This document shows, in pieces, positions 22,637 to 26,414 of a stretch of DNA of 26,414 nt. The translations under genes were made by a program, and so were the position numbers. Within the stretch, counting starts at the first letter, position 1; every line of letters starts with the position of its first letter. The notes under the pieces are model-generated. The model searched no databases. It saw only the letters and a list, made by a program, of their open reading frames with translations, and was not told the DNA's origin. The DNA lies in NCBI GenBank assembly GCA_024626585.2, contig JANKJI020000002.1, forward strand, positions 219,020,757-219,047,170. Direction: 5' to 3'. The DNA comes from Ginkgo biloba (lineage: Eukaryota > Plantae > Ginkgophyta).

Positions 22637-23739
22637 AGAATTAAAAGAATTACATCACATGTTTTCTCCCTATAAAGATGAGAAGATTTGATCTGGCTCC
22701 AATGGGAGCCAATTCTATTTCTTTCCTAAAAATATCCATTCGAGCCTTGACTTGCTTTGCCAACTGAAGTCTAAAAGTATCAAGCTCCTTTAAATGCAAG
22801 GTGTTTGAGCTTTTTCCTTGAAAAGTGAGATTACATCTTTATTTAAAAAGACCTACAAGCCTTATTTTATCCCAAATAATTTTCACTGCCCCTGATCATC
22901 TAGAATATTTTTACCAAGAGCATTTTTAGTTGTCATTGTCCTTGCGTTTTGTTTATCTTCATAGTTTTCTCAAGTAGTAGGAGAAGTATCCTCTGAACAT
23001 TTGCAACAATAGATTTAGTTTTTTAATGAGACACCTCAACATCATCACTTGTTTAGCCTTGCACACATATAGTAATGTCTTTAAGATATTGATTTTGTTT
23101 GTATCAAAATGCATGGTTAGTTCAAGCACACATAGTTCCATTGCCATTACCTGTGAGAAATTCCTTGCCATCATGTTTATGGGCAACCTATGCCCCACCT
23201 CTCTATCATTTGTTTATCAAATTGTACCCCACCTGTACCTATATATGTGGGTAGGACATGCACCTATTTGTTCCACTTCCTCACCATCAATGGAAATCTA
23301 CATTATCAAGAAATGAGAGCGGTGATAAGACTGGGTATGGGAATTGACAATTGTCAAAATTGTAGAATATGGAGGAGCGTCAGATTTTAGAGTTTAGAAA
23401 ATATATATAAAAATTATATGGATATAAAAAATATGAAATTTGTCATGTCACACAAATCATAAAATACTCAAACTATATTAACATTGAAACATTCAAATTT
23501 GAAACTATGAAATTGTAAACACAATAATGAATACATAAAACATGTAATGTTGTAACATTGTAACATTTAACTATCCATATATATAAAGGCCAAATGGAAA
23601 AATGACAAAACATGTAATTATAAGGAGTGACTTTATCTANNNNNNNNNNNNNNNNNNNNNNNNNNNNNNNNNNNNNNNNNNNNNNNNNNNNNNNNNNNNN
23701 NNNNNNNNNNNNNNNNNNNNNNNNNNNNNNNNNNNNNNN

Positions 23740-25650
23740 TATCGCATGTGCTCGAGCCAAAGAGAAATATTGAATTTCTTGAAGTAACTAGTGAGCAATT
23801 AACATTGATAGGGCATAAGATAAGAGATAAGTCCAAAAGGGAATAAATATTTTCTATTCAAATCTAAATTAATAAGTCTATTGTCTCATATATTTTTTAT
23901 TTAAGTAGTTAAAGAAACCTAATTTTAGAGGCTACTATGAAGAAATTTAATTTTCCTACTATTGAAACCCAACCACCTACACATTAGGAGTTTAAACAAG
24001 TATGCAAAGCATACCCTCAATAAAAAGTGCCAATTAAAATGTGCTCTCTCTAAATATTTCATTGATGAAATAAAGTACATTGTGGTACCATTAGATGTCT
24101 TATGTTAGGCCTTATATATGGGATAAATACATTGAGTTTAAGAGGCTTGATTAGTATAGGATAGTTAAGAAAGGTCAATGCTATGTAATCAAAGCTAAAG
24201 GTATTCAAGAGTAAATATTTATAGAGATATACTCTATAGTGAATTAATTATATATGATGGAAGAGGAGCAACTAATTGATCATCATCTCAAAGATGGTGT
24301 TTTATATAAGCTCAATACAATTTACATTCTGAAAGGTAGGAATTACACACAATTAAATAGAAAAGAATACTGCTCTAAGGTGGTAAAATATTTTGTACTA
24401 TAAGAGGCTATCTAATTTGTAGATATGCTTTTATTAGCCCAATATGGCCTACGATGTTATAAATTTCATTAAGGTATATGAGTTATACTATATTTCCAAG
24501 CCATATAAAATCAAGTTGAAAAAACATATGTATTTTGTTTGTTCCAACTATACCATGGGAATAAATCTTCATGGATTTCCTTATTGTATTAATAACCTCA
24601 AAATAGGAAATGATTTTTCATTTATAGTAGTGAACATGTGTAGTAAGATGATTACCTTAATACCCTGAAAAAAGGAAATAGCATGCCATCAAGTGACAAA
24701 ATTATTCTTTAAGAATGTGTGGGTACACTTTGGGTTACTCACTTATATCATCTCAAATAGAGACAATATATATTTCTTATCCATTTTGGGTAGACCCTAT
24801 GGTCACTCATGGATACCAGGTAAAATAAGAGTATAATATTTTTTCTACAAACCGAAGGTCAATATGAATATGTCAATAGGATAAGGGTGTAGCTCTTAAG
24901 GATGTACAATTATAAGAATCCTAATATATTGAATTAAAGTATCCTATATATCCAACATAGCTATAATAGAGTTGTTCATAAATCAACTCAAGTTTTTCCT
25001 TTAAAAGATTATTTAGGTTTCTAACTTAAGTATACCATAGCAATAAGTCACATAATATTAAAATTCTAGATCAAACAAAGAGAAGATTATCCAATAGTAG
25101 GCAATGCTATTTTTGGAGCACAATAAGTAGGCACAAAGATAAGTGCATGAGATATAGTTAAAAATTCAATAGAAATACAATGTTAAATATGATAAGCATA
25201 GAGAATATCATCAATTTAAAGTGAAAGATAAGGTTTATATGCATTTACCTAAAGAGATATTTTAGGGAAAGAAATTAAAAATGAAACCAATGTGGTATGC
25301 TTCATTTTCTATTCAAGAGTGGACATGATAAAATGCTCTTAGGCTTGATTGATACCAAAAATTGAAATACACCTAGTTTTTAATGTTAACAACTTGATTC
25401 TCTATGAACCCTCCATGTTGTATGTAGAGGAAGATGAAGGTAAGGTATTGATATCATATCTTATTGAGATGAGAAAAGGCCACTAGAAAGGGATACCATA
25501 TTACAAAGAAAAGAAAGAGCATCTAGACAAGGTGCTACAAAACTACATAAAATTAGTAAAAAATGGTAGTTTACTCGAGAAGGTATATGATTTATAAGCG
25601 AGAATATGAGGAGGGAATTCCTAAACTCATTGAGAATATGATAAGGAAAA
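23740..25650 (+). mobile_element. Highly decayed Ty3/gypsy chromovirus-like pol: protease joined to integrase, RT/RNase H absent
   Basis: RE*IFSIQI*INKSIVSYIFYLSS*RNLILE...LNKKCQLKCALSKYFIDEIKYIVVPLDV...PYIWDK...YRIVKKGQCYVIKA (protease region), then DHHLKDGVLYKL...PWE*IFMDF...SKMITLIP*KK...LFFKNVWVHFGL..IISNRD...QTEGQYEYVNR...IQHSYN (integrase). Confidence 0.78.
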
Positions 25651-26414
25651 AGTCCCTTTTGGGAATCTTGGTAGCAATGTTTATGTCACAGTCAGGAGTC
25701 CAGGTTGCCATTTTTCTTGCATGTGGGAGTTTCCCCAAGAACTTAAGATGCATGGATTCTTGGTTAGATCTCTTCATATTTGTAATTTGTTTGTTTGATC
25801 AGTTTTTGGCTTGAGAGGTGGAGGGATTTTTATCGTAGAAACCCTTGTTGGTAGTTGAAGAAGTCCAATTGATTTGTTATCTGTGGTGGGAGTGTTGGTT
25901 GTCGTGAGTGATAAAATGTGACAAAATAGACTTGTAGAGAAGTGCCTTAAGCATTAACTCATCAAGAAACCAGGCATTCATTCTTCAATGTTTTCACATA
26001 GTAAGAAAAAGATGAGAAAAACTTGATAAATGCACCCAATAGAGTGAGAACAAATTGAAGAAATAAAACTAGCTTGATTACTTCAAAAGATTGAGTCTAA
26101 CAAATTGTATTTGCATTAATTAGATGCAAGGTCATAAAGAGAAAAACAAGAAAGCAAAGCAAGGGACTAACTAGTCTGAACCTAGAAAAGCTAAGCATGC
26201 TTGCATTGACACACGAGAAGTCTATCTTAACCAAAATGATGTGGATATATTTGATGGTCAATTGTTCCAATCATTTTGACCTTACAATGGGTTACAAATT
26301 TCAAATCAAGATGTGTCCTTGCTTCAAGTTATAATAAAGATGAGGGGACATGTTAGACTTTGCTTAAAGTTGTGAAGAATTAGCTTAAATCAACACCTTG
26401 GTTTGGGGTTTTGG

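Overview
AT-rich, gap-riddled eukaryotic sequence with many N runs (often ~100 N), probably from a large land-plant genome. The protein motifs resemble gymnosperm or fern transposons, but that taxonomy is inference. I find no intact host gene, RNA gene or CRISPR array. The window is a nested graveyard of decayed transposable elements. In order: 3' end of an L1-type LINE (+); Ty3/gypsy Tat-type fragment with protease followed directly by an archaeal-type RNase H (-); Ty1/copia-like 5' LTR plus PBS (-) abutting a copia integrase (+); Galadriel-like LTR element carrying only gag (-); a GC-rich hAT-like terminus; an unidentified ~490-bp sequence present twice; chromovirus integrase-chromodomain-PPT-LTR (+); two inverted copies of an LTR-like family; hAT transposase remnant (-); non-autonomous hAT element with TIRs and a perfect 8-bp TSD inside a ~175-bp tandem repeat; CACTA transposase-associated domain (-); and a chromovirus-like pol in which protease joins integrase with RT/RNase H missing (+). 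I see no convincing novel biological system. The best leads are the gag-only element, the RT-less PR-INT element and the unidentified duplicated sequence. All family assignments come from motif recognition by eye, not database searches.
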